Shown here: piece after piece, positions 34,799 through 47,965 of the stretch
Layout: every line of letters begins with the position of its first letter
How positions within the stretch are numbered: position 1 is the stretch's first letter
DNA from: Bispira polyomma
Taxonomy: Eukaryota
Direction: 5' to 3'
Length of the DNA stretch: 64,000 nucleotides
Assembly (NCBI GenBank): GCA_965649765.1
Contig: OZ287749.1
Location: 1,426,001-1,490,000, forward strand
Notes under the pieces: model-generated
The model's input: the letters and a program-made list of their open reading frames with translations, nothing else
What the model was told of the DNA's origin: nothing
Databases searched by the model: none
Position numbers and translations under genes: made by a program

Positions 34799-37699
34799 CT
34801 GAGAAGATCTGGGATGTGCTGACTAAACAAGCAGGGCTTTGCGTTCAACTCAAAGAAATCAGTTTGAGTTTCTTAGCTGGTACAGAAAGCAGAAAATAAT
34901 AAACAGCAGGTGAAGGAAGTATAAGGGAGATTTGTATAGAGGTTAGGACACAATTTACTATTAGCTATAAAATAAGTTACGTATGTAGTGCCATTCCATC
35001 AAGGAAATAACCTAAGGAAAAACTAGCATTATCATTCAATGTGATTTAAGAAAAAAATGTGGTACAGTCACTTTAATTTTTCTCTTAAAATGCCTCTTAC
35101 AGAGTAATCAACTATATATTTTGTTGGTGCAAAACAAGAGTTATATTTAAGAAAATTGTGAAATACATTAACGTTGGAAAGGTCACTATAAACTCAGGCA
35201 GGGCCGCGCCTGATAACATATAAATCTGACGCCCCTCAGTTTGGCCAGACTGATTGCTTCCAACCAATCCATGAAAACAATATCAGGCTGTACCTGAAAA
35301 AAAAACTAAGAAGTTAAAGAGTGTTTTTTTGTACAAGACTCACAACTACACCCATTTATCGTTCTACAGAATTCTATTGTGGGACAATTCAATAGCAATG
35401 TTCAGTTAGTACTGGAAGTAGATAAATTATCAGTCTTTTGTGTTCATTTTAGCTGCTTTTACAGCAGCACACAATAGTCAAAGAAATCTTTTGTACAAAC
35501 AAATGACAAGGTATTTATCATATGTTTAGGCTAGTCAAAGGTCACTGTATAGGTGAACTCTGCTCTTTTATTTGTGTTTCTTACAGTAGTAATACTATGT
35601 TTCCACATAGTGTTTATTGTAATTTGGTTGTGTGTCCTATTGCCACTGAATTATTTTAGAGTCTTTTCTTATTTCTGTAGATTAATACATTCTTTGGAGA
35701 TATTCACTGAAGTTCAAACTTCTATTAACTGCATTCCAAACACTATACTGATTATGTGTTGAAACTTAAATCTCACAAAATAACATCTCACAAAATAATG
35801 AGTCTATTATGGATTGGATCATTGGTTAAAGAAAATATTTTTAATTATCATTCATGTTAGTATTTGTTAAAATATTATATTTTTTTTTTCATTTCAAATC
35901 TTTAGTTTTTCAGTAGACACATTCTCCTTATTTGACTCAATCATGTAAACTATTATTGACCAGTAGCTAGTTGTAAATCGCTGGCATGGAGTACAAACCA
36001 TAAAGAGTTTGAGCTTTAGCTACAGCTCTACACTTCTCAAAACCAGTCATCAAAAAGCATATCAAAAAGTTCAAATGCAGCCAAAGCAAAGTACGTTTTT
36101 GAGCTGTAAGATAAATTCTGATAAAAGTAAACAGTAAGGACTCCCAACTCATTTAACATTGTTCAGACATGCAACAAACCCTTCCGGTTACTTGCTTCCC
36201 CAAAAATGGTTCAATAGGTCAGATATGGGGGAATGTTGCGATATCAACTATATCACCATTTTATTACTAACTGTTGCTCATTAGTTATAGTTTACACAAC
36301 AAAATGTGTTAGAAAAAGATATCATTATCGCCTTAACTTTAATTGTTGTCAGTGTCCTCTTCATTCCTTTAGCAAACCATTAAAACTTAATCCAAAGATT
36401 TCAATTAGCGTCAAATTGGTGGAACATTCTCTGTCATATTGATACTTCAGAAAAGGTTGTCCATTAACAGAGAAGTCATTGGAATAGCACTTGACCATGG
36501 AAGGTGACCATGGAGGGTGGTCAGCAACCCTCAAAAGTTAGATTTGCAATAAATTCAAATATAACTATGTTGTTGGAGTTTGTTTTGCCTAACTTGAGTA
36601 GCGATTGCAAAGATACATTTGACAATCCACTAATTTGTAAAGACTGCCAACTGTTGTTGCTGATGGATTTTAACACCAAGATGTTATATCTAAAAAGTAT
36701 GCATTGCTCTACTGATAACCAGTGAAGTATCTTTAGAAATGATGATACACTTTTTCGTAAAACACAGAGCATATTACACTCTTTGAAGATTTAAGTTTGT
36801 CACAAGTCATCTTGTGGGCTTTAATTTTGGTAAAGAAGTTAAGTGTCAAAATAGTTTAACATATTTATAAATTTTATATTTTCTGTCACATCGGTACATT
36901 TCTGTTGTATTTTTAAAAGTGCCTAAATTGGGGCAAAGTTTAAATCATAAATCTGGGATTAAATATATTATATTGATCTGTCACTTTTACCCATGATCCA
37001 AGTGACCTAATCTTTTCTCCTTGCATGCTAAACTTCATATGTAAGAATTTAGACATTAAAAGAACTTAATTGATACACAATGTCACAGATGTGCTACACA
37101 CTTTATGCATAAGCTTATAGTTGCCAGAAGTAATTCGTTCGTGTTAGTGACCAGTGGTGCTGATAGTTGATTAGAGGTAGTTAAGTTGTCTACACTTTTC
37201 AGGTAAGCTTGGACATTTTTGTGTACATCACAGTGGATCTGTGTAATCATTGATTTGGTCAAGAAATAAGTGTAATTGCTGAACATTTCAGGCAACACGT
37301 ATAATGGCTGAAATTTTAGTGCCCACATCCACAACATTACTAAAGATAGAGAGATGCAGTAAATATGTCAGATTTGACTTTGTTATTGGTTATCTGAAAT
37401 TGTAACCTTAGCATTATGTGGTGTAGGTTGTACTTGATTAGAGTAAGTAAATAGTTTTAACAAATAAGGTCTTATTTGATCAACAATCAGTTAAATGCAA
37501 TTTTTTAAAAATATATTTTTATTCTTTTTGTTGTACAAACAAATTAAAATGATAAAGTAGGCACATAATCAAATGATTTAACTTTAATATAGTGTTTTTA
37601 AATAACGCAATCAATTTATTACAAGAAAAGCTTATACCACAATACTGGTTACCAAATCACAACAAAATATGTTTTTAATAACTTTTTAATGCTCACTTT

Positions 37700-38650
37700 T
37701 TTACTGGTTTATCTTATGCAGGTCTAACAACAATAAACATTTTACACTTTTTGGTTTTCCCACACTTCCCATTTCTCGTTAAATTTTTGTTCAGTTTGAT
37801 TTACTTTCGACAAAATTGTTCTGAAAGACTTTAAGTTTTTCTATAGGAAGTATATGTTCAATTGAACACCCAAATATCTAATACCTTGATACTAGTTGCA
37901 AAACATTTAAGTGGCCAGAAATTTACGTCTATCTTCATACTCTAAAATTTTCTTGAATTGCATAGCTCTATTTTAAGAGCCAATTTATTCCAGGTCGAAT
38001 CTAATATTTTTTGCCACAAATTGTCAACATAAGTGCCCTGAGTAAAGGTTGGAATCAACTAATTTTATCTTATGCAAATATTGCTTGGTATTCAAAATGT
38101 TAAATGTATTTTATATTGAAACCATATTAATGTGTTATCTGAAATGGACTTGAAACTGGCCTGAAATTTTTTTCCAAACAATGTTATTTGCTGTTTTAGT
38201 TTTACTGCCAATATTGATTTACAAATTGGTTCTTCAAAGTCATCTTCACTGTGAATTTTCTAGAAATCGTTTCTCCCTTTTCTGGATTTAGACACATTTT
38301 AGAAATGGAATGGTCTTAATCTGTCTAAAATATTTGTAGAAATATTATATTTCTCATTCAATTCTGCATTACAGTTCCTTCTTTATTGATTATACCACCC
38401 ACTAGACATATTTCCATTGACTTTTTTAAACAGAAATCATTCCAGTATTAAAAAAATAGTAGTCCAAAACTCGTAATTCAGTGTTTTCGAGTAAACTGAA
38501 TTCCATTCTTTACCCATTCTTTTTGGTAAGCAGATTTTAATGCATTAGTTATTGAGTTATTGACATTAAACCTTTCTCAAAATCACAGTTGATTGCTCTA
38601 GCTATGAAAAAACTTTCGCTTTCCTCAGAAAATCATTTTTAAAACTGTTT
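37700..38650 (-). mobile_element. Highly degenerate L1/Tx1-like ORF2 C-terminal remnant
   Basis: Minus strand gives YQKEWVKNGIQF (~38510) and FKSISDNTLIWFQYKI / ILNTKQYLHKIKLVDSNL (~38150-38050), resembling the zf-RVT-adjacent region. Confidence 0.6.
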
Positions 38651-39373
38651 GCCATTCATCTACATAAATAGAACCACCCCAATTTTCATCGCTATATAGT
38701 CTGGATATTCTGTTTTAGTTTTGACAATAACATTTTGTATTAGTAGCTTATGTTCATTTTTATCATGATTAGAGTTGTTTAGTTTCCAGAGGCATCTTTC
38801 TCTTTTATTATGCATCATATCTGATGTTGTACACATCGCCTTATGATCATGGTCAGGCAATTGTAGCGTATTTTACATTTTTAACGCTCCTGATTGATTC
38901 AAGGATTCTCGGTGGACCCATTAAATGGCAACATCCTTCTGTCAATCTTCACATTCCAAAAATCACTAACATTTTTATTTTGTAGAGCCTATAAATAAAT
39001 AGATACATTAATCACAAACATTAAAAGTACTCTTTACCCCCCCCCCCCCCCTCTTTTCTATTCTACTTGATATTATTCAGACCATTGTAGCTTAATTACT
39101 AAAAGAAGAGCAACTACTTTAAATGTAACTGCTATTCAGTAGATTAAGTTATCAATTGTTTAAACATTACTATGTCATCTGTTTAAACCTTACTAAGTCA
39201 TTTATATTCATTACTAAAATACTGATAACATTAAAACACATTTGTATTAGATTTTCGATTTGGATTACATGCGGGCATTATGCCCAGGTCATCCCACTGC
39301 ATGCTTCCCATAACGTCCTCCCGTGATTTCACAGAGGTGTAAGAATGATATTGGATATCACAGCAATATTTAA

Positions 39374-39378
<5 letters not shown>

Positions 39379-39438
<60 letters not shown>
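39379..39438. repeat. (TA)n microsatellite
   Basis: Pure run. Confidence 0.99.
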
Positions 39439-39445
<7 letters not shown>

Positions 39446-40309
39446 ATCGTCTATATTGTTTATTTATTATTACTAATAATATTTTTTGGCTCTGGTTGTG
39501 CTTTATTGCGCCTGAGAATTTGTAACAATAAGCAGTGACATAATAACAATAATACAGTACAAAGCACTAAAGCCATGTCAGTCTACTTTGGTCTGGTCCT
39601 GGGACAGTTGATAAAAAACCTCGTCAGTGGTCCCAGTTGAAATTAACAATTAGCTTTTGGGTTAGTTTAATACTGTCCATTTACCATTGGCTGTCTCTAA
39701 TCTTGTCATCCAACGGGTTTATAAACAATAATTGTGTTTTCAGTGTTTAATTATTGACAATTTTATATAATCTAAAATTCTATATAATGTTTCAGTACAA
39801 AAAGTATCTATAAAGCTAATACAGCGAAAAATATTTGTTATGTCAAAAAGGAAAGTGTGCTTAAAAGTTTATCAAATCATGGTCAGCAAATCTATTGAAA
39901 CTGTAATTTATGTTACCATAAAATAATGTTGTAATCTGAAATTAAGAAAGATTTGTTTTTGTTTTTTACTCATACTCTGTATGACACTTTCGGTACCAAA
40001 CCTCGATGTGGGTTTGGTACCCTCGGCCTCCCAAAGTGAAAAGTAGAAAGCAAGGAGAAAACACTGTTGTGTCGTGTTTGATGCAGTTGTATGCAGGCAC
40101 TAATGATATAATATGGCTCTTCAAATTCGTTTTCTTGTTCACTGAAGTGTGGCAAGCATATTTGGTCAAGTGTAAATATACATTTTGGCTATTTAATTAC
40201 CCATTGGATTGTACGAAATAGTTCTATGCTTCTGGATGCCATTTAATCGACACAATTCCGGAATAAACTTGCTATCGAAATTCCTTCTTTGATCGCTATG
40301 TAAAATCAC

Positions 40310-40966
40310 TATTAAAATCTTTATTTCCCATCTCTCTGCTGGGAAAAAAAGGCATACTACCTTCCGAAAATGCCAAAAACCTCAACTACTGCAACTACTG
40401 CAACTCTCTCTTGTATGGAGCAAATAAGTCTCACATTAAAAAGCTCCAGTCCATCCAAAACTACTTATGCAGGGTTATTTTTTGCCGGGGTTGTCACACA
40501 GACATCACTCCTTACCTCAAGAAATTACACTGCCTACCTATTCTTTCACGTATTTTGTTCAAGATTCCCGTTACCACTTTTAAGGCTGTATTCACTCAAC
40601 AGCCCCCCTACCTTGCTTGCCTACTTTCATTCAGTAACCGTAAGAGAGGCAACAGACTCTCTGTTTCTTCGGTCAGACCCATCAGGAAGGCGGTATTCAG
40701 AGCGTTCTCCACTGCAGCTCCATTGTTATAGAACAGTCTCCCAGTTGACCTTAGATCAGTTGACACTAGGAAAAAGCTTAAAACCTATCTTTTTAATCTA
40801 GCCTACCCACCTTAGCTTCTTTCGTGCATGCTCTCACCTCCTTTCTTACGACTTAGCTATGTCCATGGACTTCATGATTGGATCAATGATTCTGCTGTTG
40901 CGCTTTAGAAGATGCCTGGCATCAATAAAGCATGTCAAAAATTCATAATAATCATAATAATAATAA
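40310..40966 (+). mobile_element. L2 family A 3' fragment with internal deletion and (TAA)n tail
   Basis: Matches 8340-8405, then jumps to ~8560-9150. Confidence 0.9.
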
Positions 40967-41225
40967 TATGTAATCGTTTGTGCAACCCTTAATGCATAAA
41001 AAGTTTTTAAACACCATTCTAGCAACTTTAACACCTGCAAGAAAAGTGAGAGGAACTTCAGTGTAGTTAATTAATTTGGGACTGTACTGCAATGTAAGTG
41101 ACTGGACTGTGACTAACATAGTATAAGGTATGTTTTAAGTAAACATTATTGTATTTTCATTTTACATAAACTAATCGCCATCCAGGCGTACACTCTTTGG
41201 TTTAAAATTATGTCACATTTTCAGG

Positions 41226-41370
41226 ATGAAGCTGTTATTTGTGGCTGTTTCTCTTTGTATACTTGTTCTTCTTCCTGAAGACACTTCATGCACTCACCCA
41301 CATGAAGGAGGTTGTGTCTGTGTGACTAATCATAGACATCCACAGGATTACTTCTGTACTTCCCACTATG
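41226..41370 (+). CDS. TIMP: TIMP-family (tissue inhibitor of metalloproteinases-like) protein, coding exon 1 of 6
   Basis: cattttcAG|G ATG: MKLLFVAVSLCILVLLPEDTSCTHPHEGGCVCVTNHRHPQDYFCTSHY G|GTGAGT. Signal peptide plus the CxC...HPQxxFC TIMP signature; phase 1. Confidence 0.9.
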
Positions 41371-41950
41371 GTGAGTAATAATACAGTATATTAGGTATGT
41401 GTTACTTCCGTACTTCCCAGCCTGGTGAGTGATAAAACAGTATATTAGGGATGTGTTACATCTCTACGTCCCACTATGGGGAGTGATAATACAGTATATT
41501 TGAAATGTGTTACTTGTACTTCGCACTATAGTGCCTCGTTTTACATCATATTAGGTAAATGTTCGGTTTGTAGTACCTCCTGCTAGGGTGAGTGGTAATA
41601 CAGTATATCAGGTATATGTTATGTCTGTTCTACCTATTATTGTAAGTGACAATACAGTATATTAGGTATGTGTTATGTCTGTACTACCTATTAATGTAAG
41701 TGACAATACAGTATATTAGGTATGTGTTATGTCTGTATTACCTATTAATGTGAGTGACAATACAGTATATTAGGTATGTGTTGCTTCTGTACTTCCCACT
41801 ATGGTGAGTGATAATAGAGTATATTAGGTATGTGTTATGTCTGTATGACCTATTAATGTGAGTGACAATACAGTATATTAGGTATGTGTTACTTCTGTAC
41901 TTTCCACTCTGACGAGTGATAATACTGTATGGTAGTTATATGTTACTTTA
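41348..41950. repeat. 54-bp minisatellite, ~11 copies, seeded on the TIMP exon 1/intron 1 junction
   Basis: Unit TTACTTCTGTACTTCCCACTATGGTGAGTAATAATACAGTATATTAGGTATGTG; 41348 vs 41402. Confidence 0.92.
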
Positions 41951-42039
41951 TTATTTTCCATTAAGTAGAGTGATTAATTTATTGTTTATTACTTTACACT
42001 TCACCTAGGGCACCTTTCACTTTCCTTTCACTTATTTTA

Positions 42040-42480
42040 TATCACTGTTATCTGCATATACCTGTAACTTATATGATACCAGAAATTAAGTGAGCCTGAT
42101 CCACATAGAATATGGTCGGTGTTTTCTATATTTACCTGTATCTTTTTTTAATTTTTGATTCAGAAGTCACAAGCACAAAAACAATACATGTACTTATAAC
42201 ATTATAACATCAAAACCAAAATTACTGCCTGGCTAACATTGACTAGTCAAAATGATTTGAAAAAGCATCACCTTCACCTTTGTTGAGAAAAAATGGTTCT
42301 TCTATCTTTAATTTATCTTTAACTATGATTTACCTGTAATTTATTTTATACCAGAAATCAAGTGATCTTGATCCAAATTGAATACAGTCACTGTTTTCTG
42401 GATTTACCTGTAATTTATTTGATAGAAAACTCCAAGTGAGCTTGATCCAAATATAATACACTGAGTGTTATCTGGATTTA
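42040..42480. repeat. Degenerate ~74-bp repeats
   Basis: ATTTACCTGTAA...AAGTGA(G/T)CTTGATCCA at ~42057, 42328 and 42402. Confidence 0.7.
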
Positions 42481-42920
42481 TCTCATATATAAATCTGTAT
42501 GTCATCTGCATATGCTTGAATCATTTTCAGTTTGTATGAGGACATCATAGTGTTGTAAAAGGTAGGAAATTAACAGGATTAAACAAAGAATGCCAATTAT
42601 CATTGTTTAATACTTGTGGGTGTGCAGGGGAATATCTGACATTCATTAATACATTGTTAATACTGTTACTCTAATGCTTATACAGATGACGAAAATGCTT
42701 ATATTTGTAAACTTATATGACATCTAATTTGTTATCAGGTTAGTTGCTTCTGAGGTCCAAGCATCCAATCAATACCAAAACCCACGGCCTACGTTGCCTC
42801 TAACCCTATAAACATGTGCAAACTAATACTATAGACATATGGTATCTGTTTCAATAAATAAATAATAGTCATAAAGTTTATATATATATATCATCATATT
42901 CAAATTCCATATTTACATAG

Positions 42921-43000
42921 TGATGAAAGCCAAGATTAAAAAGATCAAGAAAAAAAGCACTACAGTGATATATAAAATCAAGCAATTGGCACTATACAGG
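42921..43000 (+). CDS. TIMP: TIMP-like protein, exon 2
   Basis: tttacatAG|(V)MKAKIKKIKKKSTTVIYKIKQLALYR|GTAAGT; phase 1-0. Matches the VIRAK...YxIKxxxxFK pattern. Confidence 0.9.
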
Positions 43001-43540
43001 GTAAGTGTGTGCTGTACTATTGTTTATGTGAATACTACCAAATACAGTGACTAATTTGGCTTTTAAATTACTGTTCTAAAATTGCTAGTGAAGCTTTGAA
43101 CTCATTATAGAAAATAGTCAGATCTTTCTCGTTAATGTACATTAATATACATTGATGCTTAATCTGAAATGAACCAACAAAGTGAATAGGTTATGGGTAC
43201 AGACAACACAGAGAAGATACTATTCTTTACCCTATTGACCTGAAGAAAAAATATCACAGGAACTGAAGGGAACTAAAAAACACACCACAGACTACTTCCA
43301 TCATTCAATGACGACTTCACCTGTAATGGTCTAGGGATTATGATGCACTAACAATTTTCTAATACGAGGTACTGAAGGAAAATAAAATCACATGTGTGAG
43401 GTGTCGACTGCTTGTCGACAGACATGGGTTCTGAGAGTAACAAATGCTGTAGTTTGCTTGCTGACGACAACCAAGGTGTAAAAGGAGTAAAATCAACATA
43501 TTAGTGAATAATTGAAATATGCTGTGAGAATATCTTTAGT

Positions 43541-46500
43541 GTAATTGTAATTGTAATTAGACTTTTATTGCGCTTAATCTCCCCTTAACAAAGCTGACTC
43601 TAAGGCACACCAGCACAAAAGACAGTCATCCAATTGCCAAAATCAAGGGACAGAAAAAAGCGTCAGCAACGTAGAGCGCGCCGGGGGATGATTGAAACTA
43701 AGGTGGATATGCTTTAGTGTACAAGTGGGTTTTAAGCTTCTTTCTAAAACTGGCTAGTGAGGGGGAAGCACGAATCACATCAGGGAGACCATTCCAAACA
43801 ATGGGAACATCAAAAGCAAAGCTGTGACCAAACTGTTTAACAGACTTTTGAGTAGATGGGTGGAACTTCGGAACAACAAGGAAATTACTACCACTCTGAC
43901 TGCGTCGGGTATTGTAGGAACTACTGTAAGTGGAAAGATATGGGGCAAAATACTTTGGAAACCCAGTGTGGAGAAACTTATAAACAAGTGTAGCTGTCTT
44001 AAACACTGAACGCTGTTCAACAGGGAGCCAATGCAATTTCTTCAGAACAGGAGTTATACTAGTGTATCGACTGGTGTTTGACACAATTCTAGCTGCACTA
44101 TTTTGAATGCATTGTAATTTGCGTAAATTAAACTTTGAGAGACTCCTGAAAAGTGAATTGCAGTAATCCAGTCTACTACTGACAAAAGCATTGGCTACAA
44201 GTATAGAGGCATCATAAGTGAGAAACCGTCTGACACGTCTAAAGTCACGGAGTTGCATAAAACAGCTTTTGCAGACACTCTGAATGTGTTTAGAGAAAGA
44301 AAAGTCAGAGTCAAACCATACACCCAGGTTCTTGACAGATTCAGCTGGACTGCAAGGGCTACCCAAGATGTCAACTGGGAACAATGCTTTCAACTTATCC
44401 CTCTGTTGTTTTGAGCCAAAGATTATGAACTCAATTTATCGGGATTAAGTTTAAGTTTACCAGTTGACATCCACTCTTTCACATCGTCAAGGCACCTGTT
44501 CAACTGTTCTAAGGCAGTGGATGTGTTTTTATGGGATAGGTGCACATAAATTTGGGTATCATCTGCATAAAAATGAAACTTTATACCTGTGTATTTGCCA
44601 ATAACCAATCTAAGAGGGGAAGTGTATAATGAGAACAACAGAGGGCCCAAAACAGAACCTTGAGGAACACCAAACAAGAGTTTACAAAGATCGGACAGAG
44701 TAGAGCCAATTTTTATCGACTGTTAACGATCAGTTAAGTAGGAAGTGAACCATTTAAGAACAGAGCCCCTAACTCCAAACCAAGTCTGAAGACAACTGAG
44801 AAGCGTGGAATGATCAATGGTGTCAAATGCAGCAGAGAGGTCAAGCAATACCAGGGCAGTAGGTTCCCCGCTTGACAAAGATAGGTGAACTTCATTTTTT
44901 ATAGACAGGAGAGCTGTCTCAGTCGAATGACCAGTTTTATACGCCGACTGGTATGGGTTGTCTAAGTCGTGGACAAAGATGTGATCTAACAGTTGCCTAG
45001 CAACCACGCGTTCAACCAGTTTTGATATAAAACTAAGACCAGATACAGGGCGATAATTCTTCAGGTCATCAACTGGAAGAGAAGCCTTCTTAATAAGAGG
45101 AGTAACCACAGCTGTTTTAAAACCATCAGGTACATGTCCCTCCGTAAGTGAGCAGTTTACAAGCTTTGTAATGGATGGTAGTAATATATCACTACATTCT
45201 TTAATAAGAGATGTTGGCCATGGATCCAACATGTAGGATTTTGTAGGCGAGTTACTTATTATTTTACTAACATCATCTTCAGAGACTCTGGTAAAGGCAG
45301 TAATTTCTGGGGGATCAGAAAGAGGATGAACATCAATTTTTGTTCCAGAGACAACAAAAGTATCTCTAATTCTCTTAATTTTGTCCAAAAAAAAGGAAGC
45401 AAACTTATCAGCTAGTGATTTATCCGAATCATGGGAGTGCCACATTGGTATCCATATTAAGGGTCTTGCGCAGTTCGTGCCACAGCTTCCTGGAGTTGTG
45501 ACTGTTGTCAGAGATAAGCTTGCTGTAATAAACCGACTTATCCTCATTAACAAGTACATTGCACCGAGCAATCTGGCGACGTAGTCGACTTCTATTTAAT
45601 GGATTCTTGGCCCTTCGCCAAGTTCTTTCATATTGGCGCCTGAGAGATTTTGCCCGTCGGTAAGAATCAGAGAGCCAATGCACAGAATCTTTCTTTGACA
45701 TTCTGGATACAAGTGGTGCATGCTTATCTAGTACATCACCCAAGTCATGTATGTGTTGTTCATAAAGTTTGGCTACAGAATTGGCAGGTGACTTAATAAA
45801 GGAAGTACTCTCAAGATCAGTACGGAGGTCAGACATGTTAATACGGTGGTACCTCCTATAATGCACTGTGTTAGGTATGTGAGCCACCTGTGGGGGAGAG
45901 GCAATTGAGCATTTGACTAATGCATGATCCGATATGAAATCACAGACTTTGACATCCACAATAGCATCCTGATCACAAGGAGATAAAATAAGGTCCAGAA
46001 TGTGACCATGCAGATGGGTAGGTTGTCTAACTGACTGTTTTAAATCGCATGAATCAAGAAAGGTCATAAATTTATGACCGTCACCAACTGGTGCATCAAC
46101 ATGGATGTTAAAGTCACCACAGATATGATATGAACTGTTAATGGAAGACAAGAAACCAACAAAAGACATAAATTCTTCTAAAAAATTACAGGTACATGAT
46201 CCTGGGGGGCGATAGACGCAGGCAAGCAACAGTGAGCGGCCATGAAGCCCAATTGACACCACCATATTTTCAAAGGACTGATAGACAGGAGAATCTATTT
46301 TATGTGGTTTGTTGGAGGCTCTGATGAAGAAACCAACACCGCCACCAATACGTGAGGGACGAGGCGTTTGAGGAAACACAAAATCTGGAGGAGTAACAGA
46401 CCGTAGGAAGCTATCCGTATCAGATAGACGGACATGGGTCTCTGTAACACAAAGGAAGTCGAGGTCGTGCGATGTCACAATATCTGCAAGGAGTGGACCC

Positions 46501-46790
46501 TTGTTCCTCACGGATCTAGCATTTAACACCCTGAGCATGACAGGACCAGGGTTAAGGGACACATCTCCGACGAGTAAAAGTAACAAGACAAGACCTCTTC
46601 CATTAATGGTAGTAGGAAATTTACGACAACAACAAGTGTATGAAAATTTTTTTGCAACTTTAGCCAAAGAGGTTGCTGATGTATGAGCAACACTGTGATG
46701 CAACAACTCATACCTATGAGCCATACTGAAAGATACAGAAGGTAATATTTTGTGTTAGTAGTATATGTTTAAGTAAGTGTAAGTTTCGGT
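43541..46790 (-). mobile_element. Near full-length L2/CR1-group LINE (family B) in TIMP intron 2, antisense, (CAATTA)n tail
   Basis: ORF pieces 46724-45429 (APE), 45571-44723, 44677-44423 (YADD) and 44393-43698 (ends AYPP*). Tail at 43541-43559. 5' boundary approximate. Confidence 0.95.
43698..46724 (-). pseudogene. LINE ORF2 (APE-RT) with about 3 frame disruptions
   Basis: Four consecutive ORF-track pieces make up one APE-RT protein. Confidence 0.9.
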
Positions 46791-47029
46791 GACTGATTCC
46801 AGTCTTTGTACAGCCACAGTGGTTATTCGAGGATGACACATTTAAGTAAAATCTGAGAAGACAATTTACCCTTTTTGATGATGACAAACTTTATGTTCTT
46901 ACATATTGTCACCATTTTTAACTGCATATAAATACTTCAGATAAAAATGAGTTGACCAGATAAATACCAATTCAGTCTGGTTAGGGATTTTGTATGAAAT
47001 CTAATAATGTTTTTTTTCTTGAATTTTAG

Positions 47030-47150
47030 ACACGTGACTTTTTCTGGGACCAAGTGTCCAATTCAAACAGAAAAAAAATCATCACCCATAGATCTAAAGC
47101 CACATGCGGAGTGCCTGATTTAATAAAGTCTGAAACCTATCTCTTTGCAG
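47030..47150 (+). CDS. TIMP: TIMP-like protein, exon 3
   Basis: gaattttAG|TRDFFWDQVSNSNRKKIITHRSKATCGVPDLIKSETYLFA G|GTATGA. IxT...CGV...YLxxG motif; phase 0-1. Confidence 0.9.
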
Positions 47151-47965
47151 GTATGATTGTGGACAATGGCGTTAATACTACCTATTATGTTATTAAAGTT
47201 AGAAAACTGTAAAATATTTAATATCACTGCAATTATAGCAAAAAAGAAAGTGAAACATATAAGTCTTCTATAAGATTTATAAGTTGGATCTTTATGCTAT
47301 ATCTAAAAATAATACATACAGGTCTTCTGTGGCCTAGTAGTTAGGGAGTTGGGATAGTGATCAGATGGTCCCTCATTCAACTGCTAGTGGGGTAGGTGGT
47401 CTGTTGATCAGAAGGCCCTGGTTCAACTCTAATGCTGCAAGGTTCATTGGCAGGATCCTTGTAAAAGATATGAACATGACATTGTATATTGATGACAAAC
47501 CAGGCTATGTTGTAGGACACATGATTAGTTGATTGATTCGTTTGTTGCACTTTAAAATATCCTTTGCATCAATATCAAATATACTGCAAAAAGGCCACTG
47601 CAAGGCAGCCTAACATATAACTATCCTAGTAGCTTGGCTAAATTTAGAGCCATCGAGAGTTTTTGTCTGACTAAACATAATTTACAAATTTTCTTTTAGA
47701 AAGTAAGTTTATATTGAACCCAAGATAAAATTGGATTATGTGAAATTAAATGGTTAAAAATCACTCTCCAGAAAGTTGTCACATGACAATTTATCTGTGA
47801 CAAATAATTGACCCTTGAGCTAGGTGCCCTTGAACCAGATTGGTTGCTTGTGACATTGTTAATGTTCTTCTACTTCTGATTGTTCCTAGTGTATTTAGTC
47901 CTTTGGTTATGATTCGTCCTAAGTAACTAATGGTATCCAAAGTTTTAACGCCATCAATTTACCAG

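Larger units (their letters stand above)
32780..35551. mobile_element. Old interspersed repeat, copy A (homologous to 52735-54812), carrying nested L2 and satellites
   Basis: Colinear blocks shared with copy B: 32800/52755, 33494/52830, 34890/54325, 34965/54378, 35305/54568. Both end GTCACTG|TA. Left end not defined. Confidence 0.65.
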
